Shown: positions 1 through 8,720 of the stretch, piece by piece
Position numbering within the stretch: the stretch's first letter is position 1
Layout of the letters: every line of letters starts with the position of its first letter
Assembly: GCA_016845345.1 (NCBI GenBank)
Contig: JAERSV010000057.1
Location: forward strand, 183 to 64,182
Direction: 5' to 3'
Length of the DNA: 64,000 nucleotides
Source: Methanobacteriota archaeon
Lineage (GTDB): Archaea; Thermoplasmatota; Poseidoniia; Poseidoniales; Thalassarchaeaceae
Position numbers and translations under genes: made by a program
The notes under the pieces: model-generated
What the model saw: only the letters and a program-made list of their open reading frames with translations
Told to the model about the DNA's origin: nothing
Database searches by the model: none

Positions 1-1
1 G

Positions 2-556
2 ATGTTGACTCAATCAGGATGGGACATCAATCTCATTATTAGCCGAGAAGGAGCCATCAATCTCGACCTTGAGTGTGGAATAACACCTCAACAACTCGCT
101 ACACAATATGGTGCTATACTAGAAAACAACGATAATTTAGCGGCAAAATCAGCCTCTGGCTCTGCAAAATTTGACGCTTACATAATCTGCCCAGCATCTG
201 GAACTACGATTTCGAAATTAGCAGCAGGAATTACTGACAACCTAATCACTAGGTCGGGAATGGTAGCCTTGAAAGAAAGAAGGAAATTAATTGTCGTGCC
301 GCGTGAAACACCATACGCTACCGTGCAACTTGAAAACATGGCAAAACTTTCTGGATATGGAGTAGTTGTTCTCCCAGCAAATCCAGGATATTACAACAAT
401 CCACAATCAATTGATGACTTAGTTGATTTCGTAATTGCGCGCATCCTCGACCAGTTAGATGTTGAACATCAATTATCTCAAAGATGGACTGGCGGTGAGG
501 TTACGTTATCCGAGTCAGCAGATACTGACTCAACCACTTTGAGTGAACTTGAATAG
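2..556 (+). CDS. ubiX: UbiX-family flavin prenyltransferase (5' end outside window)
   Basis: Motifs ASGS, ICPASGTTISKLAAGITDNLITR, LKERRKLIVVPRETP and PANPGYY; no true start codon in the window. Confidence 0.92.
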   Translation: MLTQSGWDINLIISREGAINLDLECGITPQQLATQYGAILENNDNLAAKSASGSAKFDAYIICPASGTTISKLAAGITDNLITRSGMVALKERRKLIVVPRETPYATVQLENMAKLSGYGVVVLPANPGYYNNPQSIDDLVDFVIARILDQLDVEHQLSQRWTGGEVTLSESADTDSTTLSELE

Positions 557-611
557 TAAAAATAAAACACACCTTTTGGGGTTGGGTTGATGAAGGACCT
601 AGTGCCACGGA

Positions 612-2414
612 GTGATGAGTGACATGGGATACGCAGAGATGACTTCAGCAGAATTGACTGCTGAGTTGAAAAGTCTTAATCTCCCTAGTAGCGGGAATAA
701 AGGTGAGAAACTTGCTCGTTTGCAGAATTATGAGGCTCAAAAAACTTCTACTTTAGAAGAAGAAAATCATGACGGCGTATTAGTTGCTGAAATCTCTGAA
801 GATTCTTCACTTGCCAGCCGAATGAAAGCGAGTAGAGAAGTTTTTGGCACTCAAATCCCAATGTTTGGAATATTAGTCGTAACTCTATTACTTCTCAGCA
901 TTGCAGGCGGTGGAATACTTGGTTTACCCGCACTAATGTCTTGGTTCGCGGATGAACCTGAATATACCCTAATTGACTTTGACCCAGCCCAAGCACGTGA
1001 TAGAGCGACGCACTTAGTCAGCCTCGGGCATCCACAGTGGGATGGCAGAATGTCTGGTAGTCAAGAAGAGTTGGCAACCGCAGAATCAAACAAACAAAAT
1101 TTCACCGAATATGGAATGTCAGCGACCCTTGAGGAATTTGATGTACCGATGTTTGAAATTCAATCTCCGCCAAGCATCTTCTATTGTATACCCGGGTCAT
1201 ATCCATTTGGTCAAACAATTTTCCCCTGTGGAATTGAAGATATCAATGCTCAGCATAAAGAATACCAACACCGAATTGACTACGTAATCCAAGGATACAG
1301 CGGGACAGGAAACTACCAATTTGGTGATAATCTCAACATTGTCAACTTATCAAATGGAAGTGATGACACACTGTGGTCTCAAGCCACAGGAGAAGTTGGA
1401 ATGGTTTGGGGCTCCTCAGGAGTTGGCAGTAACACAGATATTTATGCAAAAGCAATCAAGAACGATTTGGCGGCGCTCTTCCTCGTAAATGTGGTAAATA
1501 ACTGTGGCAAAATAGTCACTGACGATTGTGTACCGATTTTCAAAACCGTGGACATTGAGGGATTGATGGACCAAACTGGAGGCAACCTACCGGAAACAAT
1601 TCCATTTGTTCAATTATCAAAAAAGATGGGTGAGGAACTTAGTGAATTATTTGAACAAAGGGATACAAACGATGTGAAAATAGGCATTGAGGTTGATGTC
1701 GACAATCAAGGCACAAGGTCTGTAAGAGTGCCGTGCGGAATTATTCAAGGAGATGATGACAGACTGATTATTTTCGGTGCGCACCACGACACCGTCTACA
1801 ATGGACCCGGTGCAGTTGATGATACATCTGGCACCGCTTCAGTTCTAGAATTAGCAAGACAGTTTGGAATAATGTATGCAGATTTGGGAACGCCAAAACA
1901 CACCATTAAGTTCTGCACATGGGGAGGTGAAGAAGAGGGCTTACATGGGTCTAAAGCGTGGGTTGAAAAGTACCAAAAAACCTTAGCTGACAACCTAATT
2001 ATCTACATTAATTTAGATATGAACCATGTCGATATCGACCCAGAACGCGGCAATAGCCTCACTCTTTTCGGCAATTATCAAAGCGACGTAGACCAAGTTA
2101 GAAACATAGTTTCTCTACTTGAATCAGAGCGCCCTGAATTGGCTTCAAATTACACCATCAATATCAGAACCCTAGATGGCCCTAAAAATACTGCAACTGG
2201 GATGCCATATAATTCAGACCACGGTCCTTTCGTCTATGACACTGTACAAGACGATAATGACAAGCCTGGACATGCATTGGTATGCTATGGCTCGGGTTCC
2301 CATGAATATCACACATATGCCGATGACATGACTCGGTTCAACGAGGAAAGTTTAGCGGTTAGTTCCATCATTTATGGCACCTATGCGAGATACCTTGCAT
2401 GGGGGGAAGTATGA
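612..2414 (+). CDS. Membrane-anchored M28-family metallopeptidase with N-terminal SAP domain and PA-like insert
   Basis: N-terminal MTSAELTAELKSLNLPSSGNKGEKLARL (SAP), one TM at about aa 82-110, M28 motifs GAHHDT, GAVDDTSG, WGGEEEGLHGS, INLDM, SDHGPF and YHTYAD. Confidence 0.88.
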   Translation: MMSDMGYAEMTSAELTAELKSLNLPSSGNKGEKLARLQNYEAQKTSTLEEENHDGVLVAEISEDSSLASRMKASREVFGTQIPMFGILVVTLLLLSIAGGGILGLPALMSWFADEPEYTLIDFDPAQARDRATHLVSLGHPQWDGRMSGSQEELATAESNKQNFTEYGMSATLEEFDVPMFEIQSPPSIFYCIPGSYPFGQTIFPCGIEDINAQHKEYQHRIDYVIQGYSGTGNYQFGDNLNIVNLSNGSDDTLWSQATGEVGMVWGSSGVGSNTDIYAKAIKNDLAALFLVNVVNNCGKIVTDDCVPIFKTVDIEGLMDQTGGNLPETIPFVQLSKKMGEELSELFEQRDTNDVKIGIEVDVDNQGTRSVRVPCGIIQGDDDRLIIFGAHHDTVYNGPGAVDDTSGTASVLELARQFGIMYADLGTPKHTIKFCTWGGEEEGLHGSKAWVEKYQKTLADNLIIYINLDMNHVDIDPERGNSLTLFGNYQSDVDQVRNIVSLLESERPELASNYTINIRTLDGPKNTATGMPYNSDHGPFVYDTVQDDNDKPGHALVCYGSGSHEYHTYADDMTRFNEESLAVSSIIYGTYARYLAWGEV

Positions 2415-2431
2415 CAATAGAGGTTGATTAG

Positions 2432-2731
2432 ATGGCAATAAAGAGAGCACATGCAAGTCACATTTTGATTGCTAGTAAATCCCAAGCAATTCAAATTGTT
2501 GAGAAAATTACCTCTGCTAGAAAACCGCACAAAGAATTTCAAAAAATGGCTCGTAAACATTCATCCTGCCCATCCGGTTCAAAGGGTGGAGACTTAGGCT
2601 GGTTCCACTACAAACAGATGGTTCCTGATTTCTCAAAAAAAGTCTGGGAGCAAGACTTGAAAACAATTGATGGATTCATCAAAACTGGTTTTGGCTATCA
2701 CATTATATGGGTTCATGAGCGGGATGAATGA
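2432..2731 (+). CDS. ppiC: Parvulin (PpiC-type) peptidyl-prolyl cis-trans isomerase
   Basis: HASHILI, FQKMARKHSSCPSGSKGGDLGWF, MVPDF and GFGYHII rotamase motifs; single 99-aa domain. Confidence 0.9.
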   Translation: MAIKRAHASHILIASKSQAIQIVEKITSARKPHKEFQKMARKHSSCPSGSKGGDLGWFHYKQMVPDFSKKVWEQDLKTIDGFIKTGFGYHIIWVHERDE

Positions 2732-2787
2732 TTAAATCTCAACCTATCAATTTCTCATTGTTAGATTAACCAAATGGAGGTAATCAA

Positions 2788-3093
2788 ATGACTGCAGAGA
2801 TTCTGACTGATGATACGTGGCCAGAATTTATCGCTCAACGAGATGTAGTTCTCGTGCTCACGCGAAACAGTTGTGAAAACTGTGACCCTTTTGTTGAAAA
2901 ATTAGCAAAAAATGACTTCCTTGTAGCCAAGATAGTGCTCGATAGCCCAGGGAATGCTGGTTTCAAAACCTCCTTTCCTCAAATTTCCACTCAAGCGAGT
3001 GTCTTACCCTTCTCAATCCTTTTTTCTCGCGGTGAATGGCTTGACTCAGTAATGGGGGCCCGAGTTGGCGCGGTTCTTGAATGGTTCAAGTGA
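2788..3093 (+). CDS. Thioredoxin-fold protein
   Basis: CENC motif after a beta strand, cis-Pro-like VLPFSILF...GE segment, SD GGAGGT upstream. Confidence 0.7.
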   Translation: MTAEILTDDTWPEFIAQRDVVLVLTRNSCENCDPFVEKLAKNDFLVAKIVLDSPGNAGFKTSFPQISTQASVLPFSILFSRGEWLDSVMGARVGAVLEWFK

Positions 3094-3143
3094 TTAGCAC
3101 AAAAATTGACGCCACCTTCATGGGGTAGTGCTACCACCGATGT

Positions 3144-3665
3144 GTGATGAGTGGCCTGAAACAGGTGTTCATGCCAACCGTCATCAATGTTGATGAGGTT
3201 CCAACTCCACTTGGAGTTACATCCAAAGAAAGCGATGCTTGGGATGTACTTCGGGCTTTTTTTGCCCGCGCTGAAAAGACTGAATTTGTTGAGGCTTATG
3301 TTGAGGTTTGGGACATTGACTATGTCGGGGAAGACCCAAATACCGAGTTGGGAAGAATGAGACGTCGCCCTTGCCCAATTTGTGAGCGTTCATCTTTTTG
3401 GGAAGAATTGGGTGAAGCAAATTACAAGGGTGAACGCAATGGTAAAAGTGGTCGCTGTCATCGACCAGAATGTTCTGCTTGGATTGATGAAAATAATGTT
3501 GAAGAAGGTCGATGGGATTGTGGTTGGCCAGCGGCGCAGTGGACTAAGCGAGTTGAGAGTTACAATCTTGGAATTCGTGGTTTAGTTGAGATGCGAGGGG
3601 CAGTGACTGCTTCTGGACGAAAACGTCATTCAACTATGAGTAGCAAAATAATGGAAGACCTTTGA
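3144..3665 (+). CDS. Hypothetical Cys/Trp-rich, probably Zn-binding protein
   Basis: 173-aa ORF containing CPIC...CHRPEC...WDC; co-directional with upstream genes and ends immediately next to the argS stop. Confidence 0.7.
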   Translation: MMSGLKQVFMPTVINVDEVPTPLGVTSKESDAWDVLRAFFARAEKTEFVEAYVEVWDIDYVGEDPNTELGRMRRRPCPICERSSFWEELGEANYKGERNGKSGRCHRPECSAWIDENNVEEGRWDCGWPAAQWTKRVESYNLGIRGLVEMRGAVTASGRKRHSTMSSKIMEDL

Positions 3666-3666
3666 A

Positions 3667-5460
3667 TCACATTGATTCAACGGGAATAATCCCCAATCCT
3701 GAACATCCTGCTGAGAGCAGAATTCTCGCGGCTTCTGAAAGTGCAAGATTTTGACTATTGACTTCACCGTCTATCAAAACATGGTTATCGCGGTAAAAGC
3801 GATTGTATTCTGTTGCTAGCGATAGTAAATAAGAACAGAAAAGGTTTGGACGCTGATTTACAATGGAAGCATCTAGTGCCTCACTGAATGTTGCAATTCT
3901 CTTTACCAATGCAGAGGCAGTATCTGAGAGGCCGCCCCAATTCCCACTTGCCACTTCGTTTGCTACAAGCGATTTCACATCATGGCCTTGAGTTGTTAGT
4001 TTGCGACTTATTGAACAGGCTCTTGCATGGCTATACATGATGAATGGTGCCGAATCTGAATCAAAACTGAGAGCATCTTCCCAACGGAAATTAATGCCTT
4101 TTTCTGGAGATACACGAATTATGTTGTATCGTACTGCTGAAAGACCAACAGCCTCACCAATTTTGGCTAACTCTTCGGAATCTAGGTCGCCTCTCATTTC
4201 TTTAACAATCGCTGTTGCTCTAGCACAGGCTTCGTCCAATAGATTATCCATGTAGACAACATTTCCTCTACGAGTACTCATTTTACCATCTGGTAATTTC
4301 GTAAATGCATAGAATACCACTTCGGGGTTGCGAATATCCAACTCATCAAGGGCAATACCAACCTGCTTAGATTGCAAACGGTGATCCTCACCAAGGATAT
4401 TCACAAGGCGCTGTGCTTCAGTCCACTTCCACTCGTGATAAGCGATATCTCTAGTCGCATACAGAGATGAACCATCGCCTCTTTGATAGAAGAATTTTGT
4501 TGATTTACCCTGTACCCCTCGGTCTTCAAGTTCGAGGTAATGTGCACCATTTTCTGCAGTACCATGTAACTCGCTATTGCTAAGTCTATCCATAATAACA
4601 TCTACTGAACCATCAACAATGAATCTTGATTCTTTGGTGAATGAATCAAAAACAATACCGAGTCTCTCCAAAGTTTCTAGCATCCCATCAAGGACTGGCT
4701 GATAAGCCGATTCAAAAATAGCAAGAACTTCTGCATCAGCTTCTTCTGATGCTTGTACCAACTTTGTAACACCTAATTCTACATCAGGGTCCACGGCTTT
4801 CAGTAAGTTTGCCGCTTGATAGTAACGAACCCTTTGATGGTCTTCTTTGTGCGGGTGAGTTGGCATTTCATCCATATCTTCTGCCGCTAGAATTTCACTT
4901 ACTCTGTCATCATCCAAATTAGCAAGTGACCAAGCCAAAATCCCAACTTGTTTACCCATGTCATCAACATAGTATTCGGCCCTGACATCATCTCCTGCAA
5001 GGCGGTGCATCCTGACAAAAGTATCTCCAAGAATTGCATTTCTTGAACGACCAACATGGAATGGCCCATTCGGATTAGCCGATGTGTGCTCAATCAACAG
5101 AGATGAGGAGGCGCGGTGATGCCCGACTGAATCAGGATCATTGAGAATCGATCGGATTGTTTGACCCGCTAACCATTGCGCATCAACGTAAAAATTGCAA
5201 AATCCACCATCACTTCCAACCTCACTACATCCATCAATTGCTGTCAAAACAGTAGCAACTCTCCTGGCTAAATCTGTGGCAATATCTTGAGGAGATTTTT
5301 TCATCGTTTTTGCAAGGGCAAAACACGGTAATGCAAGGTCACCTTGTTTTGCGTGACGAGGTGTCGTTAAATTGGCTAGGGTAGCATCCGGGTCTTCATC
5401 ACCCATTTCAGTTAGAGCATCCCAAACTGTGCCGCGAATTACTTCACTTAACTGACGCAT
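3667..5460 (-). CDS. argS: Arginyl-tRNA synthetase
   Basis: EHTSANPNGPFHVGRSRNAILGD (HIGH), GKMSTRRG (KMSKS-like), YAHAR-like YSHARA; start placed at ATG 5460 just after the aRF1 stop. Confidence 0.96.
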   Translation of the reverse strand: MRQLSEVIRGTVWDALTEMGDEDPDATLANLTTPRHAKQGDLALPCFALAKTMKKSPQDIATDLARRVATVLTAIDGCSEVGSDGGFCNFYVDAQWLAGQTIRSILNDPDSVGHHRASSSLLIEHTSANPNGPFHVGRSRNAILGDTFVRMHRLAGDDVRAEYYVDDMGKQVGILAWSLANLDDDRVSEILAAEDMDEMPTHPHKEDHQRVRYYQAANLLKAVDPDVELGVTKLVQASEEADAEVLAIFESAYQPVLDGMLETLERLGIVFDSFTKESRFIVDGSVDVIMDRLSNSELHGTAENGAHYLELEDRGVQGKSTKFFYQRGDGSSLYATRDIAYHEWKWTEAQRLVNILGEDHRLQSKQVGIALDELDIRNPEVVFYAFTKLPDGKMSTRRGNVVYMDNLLDEACARATAIVKEMRGDLDSEELAKIGEAVGLSAVRYNIIRVSPEKGINFRWEDALSFDSDSAPFIMYSHARACSISRKLTTQGHDVKSLVANEVASGNWGGLSDTASALVKRIATFSEALDASIVNQRPNLFCSYLLSLATEYNRFYRDNHVLIDGEVNSQNLALSEAARILLSAGCSGLGIIPVESM

Positions 5461-5464
5461 TTCA

Positions 5465-6718
5465 TCAACTCCATGACCAGCGTAAAATTGCTGCCATGCC
5501 TCCAAACGCCGTCAGTAAGGTCATTCCTTCTTCTGAATCTGTGGATATCAACTTGACATTTGCTGCCGATTGGCTTGCAAGTTCTGTAAATTCGTCGAGC
5601 AAATCAATTTCTTTTTCTGAATCCTCTCTGACTTGGTCTGCATTTGCCTGACAATCTGGACAATCAGGGATTTCGGGGATTTTATCAACAGTTATTGACC
5701 ATTCATGCTTGCACTGGCGGCAATTGAAAAACACGTTTTTCTTCCTCAAAGATTCTGAAAGCAAGAGCATGTCAACTGCTCCTTGGTCAAGAGCAGAGCG
5801 TATCATCATCTCACCATAAGTTGCCTTAGGATGCGACTGCATAATTTCTTTGAGAAATTTGTCAACCCAAGTTCTCTCTTCTTCTAATGCGATTTGGTCC
5901 ATCAAATCCCCGGCATTCTGAACTAATTCGCGCAGACCGCTTTCATTGGAATAACCAACATCAAATAATGGCTTCTTGACGATTTTTTGGATTTCGTGAT
6001 GGAGATATCCGTTGTTAATTACGAAATCCTTGGTAGCCCCGGGCCCTCCTACAATCACACCTTTGAGGTCTGGCAGCATTGGTAACCAGTATTCGCAAGC
6101 ACGTTCTGTGACCTTCTTGAAAAACTTGTCAGCGGCTTCTTCAATCAACCTCTCGAACCGCTGTTGTGACTGCCCACCTTGCCTATGCTTACTCGGCACG
6201 AGACTCGTGATATGTTTCTTCACATGTACAGTACTTCCTGTTGCCACACCATAAGCACCCTCACCGCGGTCAATCACTAACAAACCATACGCAGTACGAT
6301 TGATGAGCATCTCTTCGAGTTGAGATGTTTCAAAAGTACTATCACAGCGATATCTGAAAGATGTAAAGGGTTCTGGAGGGTCCTCAATCACTATTGTGGT
6401 CATGCGAGATTTGTTGTTGCCAACTATGACATGACCAGTGAATACTGCAATTCCTTTTTCGCCAGCATCGCGGCGATTTGCTAATGCCGCAGATGCTGAT
6501 TCTATCGCATCGATAACGTGTTTCCTCGTTAGATTTGATTTGATATTCCGGGCTTGTCCTGATTCATTCGCTAATTGATGGCGAACATCAGCCACTTGAC
6601 GGTCTGGTGGAATAATAACTGTCACAAGTTCAGTTCCCATTCCTCTGAGATTCATCAAATCTTCGAGAACACGCTTTAGCCGAAGTTTGGCTGCTTGTTT
6701 CTCCGAACCCTCCGCCAT
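5465..6718 (-). CDS. prf1: Peptide chain release factor aRF1
   Basis: NIKS motif, YRCD, GGQS motif, Zn-ribbon minidomain CRQC...CPDC, AFGGMAAILR end; ATG at 6718. Confidence 0.96.
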   Translation of the reverse strand: MAEGSEKQAAKLRLKRVLEDLMNLRGMGTELVTVIIPPDRQVADVRHQLANESGQARNIKSNLTRKHVIDAIESASAALANRRDAGEKGIAVFTGHVIVGNNKSRMTTIVIEDPPEPFTSFRYRCDSTFETSQLEEMLINRTAYGLLVIDRGEGAYGVATGSTVHVKKHITSLVPSKHRQGGQSQQRFERLIEEAADKFFKKVTERACEYWLPMLPDLKGVIVGGPGATKDFVINNGYLHHEIQKIVKKPLFDVGYSNESGLRELVQNAGDLMDQIALEEERTWVDKFLKEIMQSHPKATYGEMMIRSALDQGAVDMLLLSESLRKKNVFFNCRQCKHEWSITVDKIPEIPDCPDCQANADQVREDSEKEIDLLDEFTELASQSAANVKLISTDSEEGMTLLTAFGGMAAILRWSWS

Positions 6719-6719
6719 C

Positions 6720-6738
6720 AGAACCACCTTGTGGTTCT
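6720..6738 (-). promoter_or_regulatory. 8-bp hairpin covering the aRF1 ribosome-binding site
   Basis: AGAACCAC-CTT-GTGGTTCT is a perfect inverted repeat 2 nt from the ATG; the transcript strand contains AGGTGG within loop and stem. Confidence 0.45.
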
Positions 6739-6754
6739 AGGCGATTGCCAGCGG

Positions 6755-6763
6755 GTTATCAAT
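6755..6763 (-). promoter_or_regulatory. Putative TATA-like element (ATTGATAAC on minus strand) for the aRF1-argS transcript
   Basis: 37-45 nt upstream of the ATG; the same TTGATAA core recurs upstream of mscS and between rpl3 and hef. Confidence 0.4.
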
Positions 6764-6859
6764 CCTTCATCCTGTCCGCTACCCCTTTCTGCGTCTTCAA
6801 TGGGTTTTTTTTGGAAAATATAGCGGACGGGCTTATCAATTGGCGGCACTGCCGCTAAG

Positions 6860-7573
6860 GTGATGAGTGAAGTCGTCATTGTCGCTCTTGGAGGCAGTTT
6901 GATGTATGACGATGGGGAAATTGACCATCAATGGGTTGAGGATGCTAGCAAGATTCTTGCCTCAACCGCTTCTGCTGGAACTAAACTTGGCATTGTAATT
7001 GGCGGGGGCCACTTAGCCCGTGAAAATATTGCCACTGCACGCAAGTCAGGAGTAACCGACACCTTTGACCTTGACTTAGTTGGGATTACTGCAACTCGCA
7101 ATAACGCGACGACCTTCGCTGCAACACTGAAATCTGCAGGTGTCGATGTTTCAGAAAATGTGCCAGAGACCACCTCCGATGCAACAGAACTTCTACAAAA
7201 CCATTCTGTAATAGTGATGGGTGGAACGGTGCCTGGTCACACAACTGATGCCGTTTCAATCAATCTTGCAGTTGACAGCGGGGCGCAACGATGCACAATC
7301 GCTACCAATGTTGACTTTGTCTACGACAAAGCCCCACAATTAAATCCAGATGCAATCCCCTTTGAGAAGATGACATTGGCTGAATTACAATCCATTGTTG
7401 GGCCGCCAGAACATCGTGGCGCCGGCCCTAATGTAGTGATTGACCCAATAGGGGTTCAAATTGCTATAGACAACAGTATTGAATTAGCATTACTCAATGG
7501 AAGGGAGTTGGAAAGACTGAAGAAATGTTTAGCCGGAGAAACCTTCCGTGGGACAATCATCGGGGTGAATTAA
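6860..7573 (+). CDS. pyrH: UMP kinase
   Basis: VALGGS, VIGGGHLAR, VMGGTVPGHTTDAV, ATNVDFVYDKAP and GTII motifs of archaeal UMP kinases. Confidence 0.93.
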   Translation: MMSEVVIVALGGSLMYDDGEIDHQWVEDASKILASTASAGTKLGIVIGGGHLARENIATARKSGVTDTFDLDLVGITATRNNATTFAATLKSAGVDVSENVPETTSDATELLQNHSVIVMGGTVPGHTTDAVSINLAVDSGAQRCTIATNVDFVYDKAPQLNPDAIPFEKMTLAELQSIVGPPEHRGAGPNVVIDPIGVQIAIDNSIELALLNGRELERLKKCLAGETFRGTIIGVN

Positions 7574-7869
7574 TGGGACGAATGGAAGAACGTTTGAAAA
7601 AGGCAATTGCTGATACTGCAAATACTACAAAAAAAGTTGTAAAACAACTTTCTGATAATCCAAAAAGCTCGAAGTACATCCCTCCGCATCGACACTGTGT
7701 CATATGCTATACGCCAGTTCCTTTAGACGCAGACCCAGCACACTGTGGAGACCAACCATGCGCCGAAAAACACGCAAGACAAGAAAAGTCAAGAAAACGG
7801 CTTAATTTGATGCTTTATTTATTCCCTGCAATCGCAATAATGTTATTCTTGTTGCCAATTCTAACCTAA
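7573..7869 (+). CDS. DUF2116-type Zn-ribbon membrane protein
   Basis: IPPHRHCVICYTPVP...HCGDQPC plus C-terminal TM; ATG overlaps the pyrH stop (TAATG). Confidence 0.8.
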   Translation: MGRMEERLKKAIADTANTTKKVVKQLSDNPKSSKYIPPHRHCVICYTPVPLDADPAHCGDQPCAEKHARQEKSRKRLNLMLYLFPAIAIMLFLLPILT

Positions 7870-7934
7870 TTCTCGAAATTTTTTCAAGAATTCTCTAAGC
7901 GAAGGATTGATTCACCGAAACCCCCAGGTATGGT

Positions 7935-8522
7935 TTGATGATGGTCCGCATCATGTCGGCGCTGCCGATGATTACCGGCGTTTTTTGCGTAATACTTGTG
8001 TTGGTTGGTGCGGTTGGCTACTCTTCTGATTCTAGCACGGTTGGAGTCCCAATTCCACCTTGTGCTCCAGGCTCAGACGAAAATTGTGAAATTGGTATGA
8101 ATCAAGATAATCTCTCAGTACCTCAACCATTCATGCTCCTTGACGTTTCAGTCTCAATGAATTGGGACCATAGCGGCGAAGCATGGATTGGAATTGTCGA
8201 CGCTGACAAAATTGACTGGGAGAAATGTAGCCCAGATGACCAGGGATTGACAGGATGCACTGCCTCAGATTTTGAGATTATAGCGGGCGGGCCAGATTCT
8301 GAAACCGGATTGGAATGGGATTTAGACCCAGGAAACACACGCTTCATCACCGGTGGGCGCGCGGGTACTCTTAGCCTAGACACCAACATCGTGACCTACT
8401 CGTATAGTGCTGGTATGGCTCTTTTCCCAATGCTTCTTCTTGGTGTTGTGGGAGTAGTGTTGTGCCTTGCAGGGGTGCAGATGGCCTTTCCACTTAAGTT
8501 CGCAAAACGCGACAACGATTAG
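7935..8522 (+). CDS. Hypothetical protein with N- and C-terminal TM helices and a Cys-containing extracytoplasmic domain
   Basis: Hydrophobic termini, acidic central domain with 4 Cys. Confidence 0.7.
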   Translation: MMMVRIMSALPMITGVFCVILVLVGAVGYSSDSSTVGVPIPPCAPGSDENCEIGMNQDNLSVPQPFMLLDVSVSMNWDHSGEAWIGIVDADKIDWEKCSPDDQGLTGCTASDFEIIAGGPDSETGLEWDLDPGNTRFITGGRAGTLSLDTNIVTYSYSAGMALFPMLLLGVVGVVLCLAGVQMAFPLKFAKRDND

Positions 8523-8571
8523 TCGGACCGTTGAAGAACCCCATGCGACTCGGGTGGGTTGAGGATTGGTC

Positions 8572-8691
8572 ATGTCGAGTTACAAGTGTCCGGGTTGCGG
8601 AGTTGCAATTGCTATCGAAGGGCTAGAAAGAAGTCAATATGGTCACAAGATTTTCTGTACCCGGTGTGGTCATGTCTCGGAAACAAATTGA
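8572..8691 (+). CDS. 39-aa CPxCG Zn-finger microprotein
   Basis: Translated by hand: MSSYKCPGCGVAIAIEGLERSQYGHKIFCTRCGHVSETN*; two CxxCG knuckles and GAGGA 6 nt upstream of the ATG. Confidence 0.7.
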   Translation: MSSYKCPGCGVAIAIEGLERSQYGHKIFCTRCGHVSETN

Positions 8692-8720
8692 GTTCAATTT
8701 GTTGTGATTTTTTCTTTTAT

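Noticed and set aside
5461-5505. Apparent 41-bp overlap of argS with aRF1 in the ORF track
   Set aside because: An in-frame ATG at 5460 sits right after the aRF1 stop and gives a normal ArgRS N-terminus
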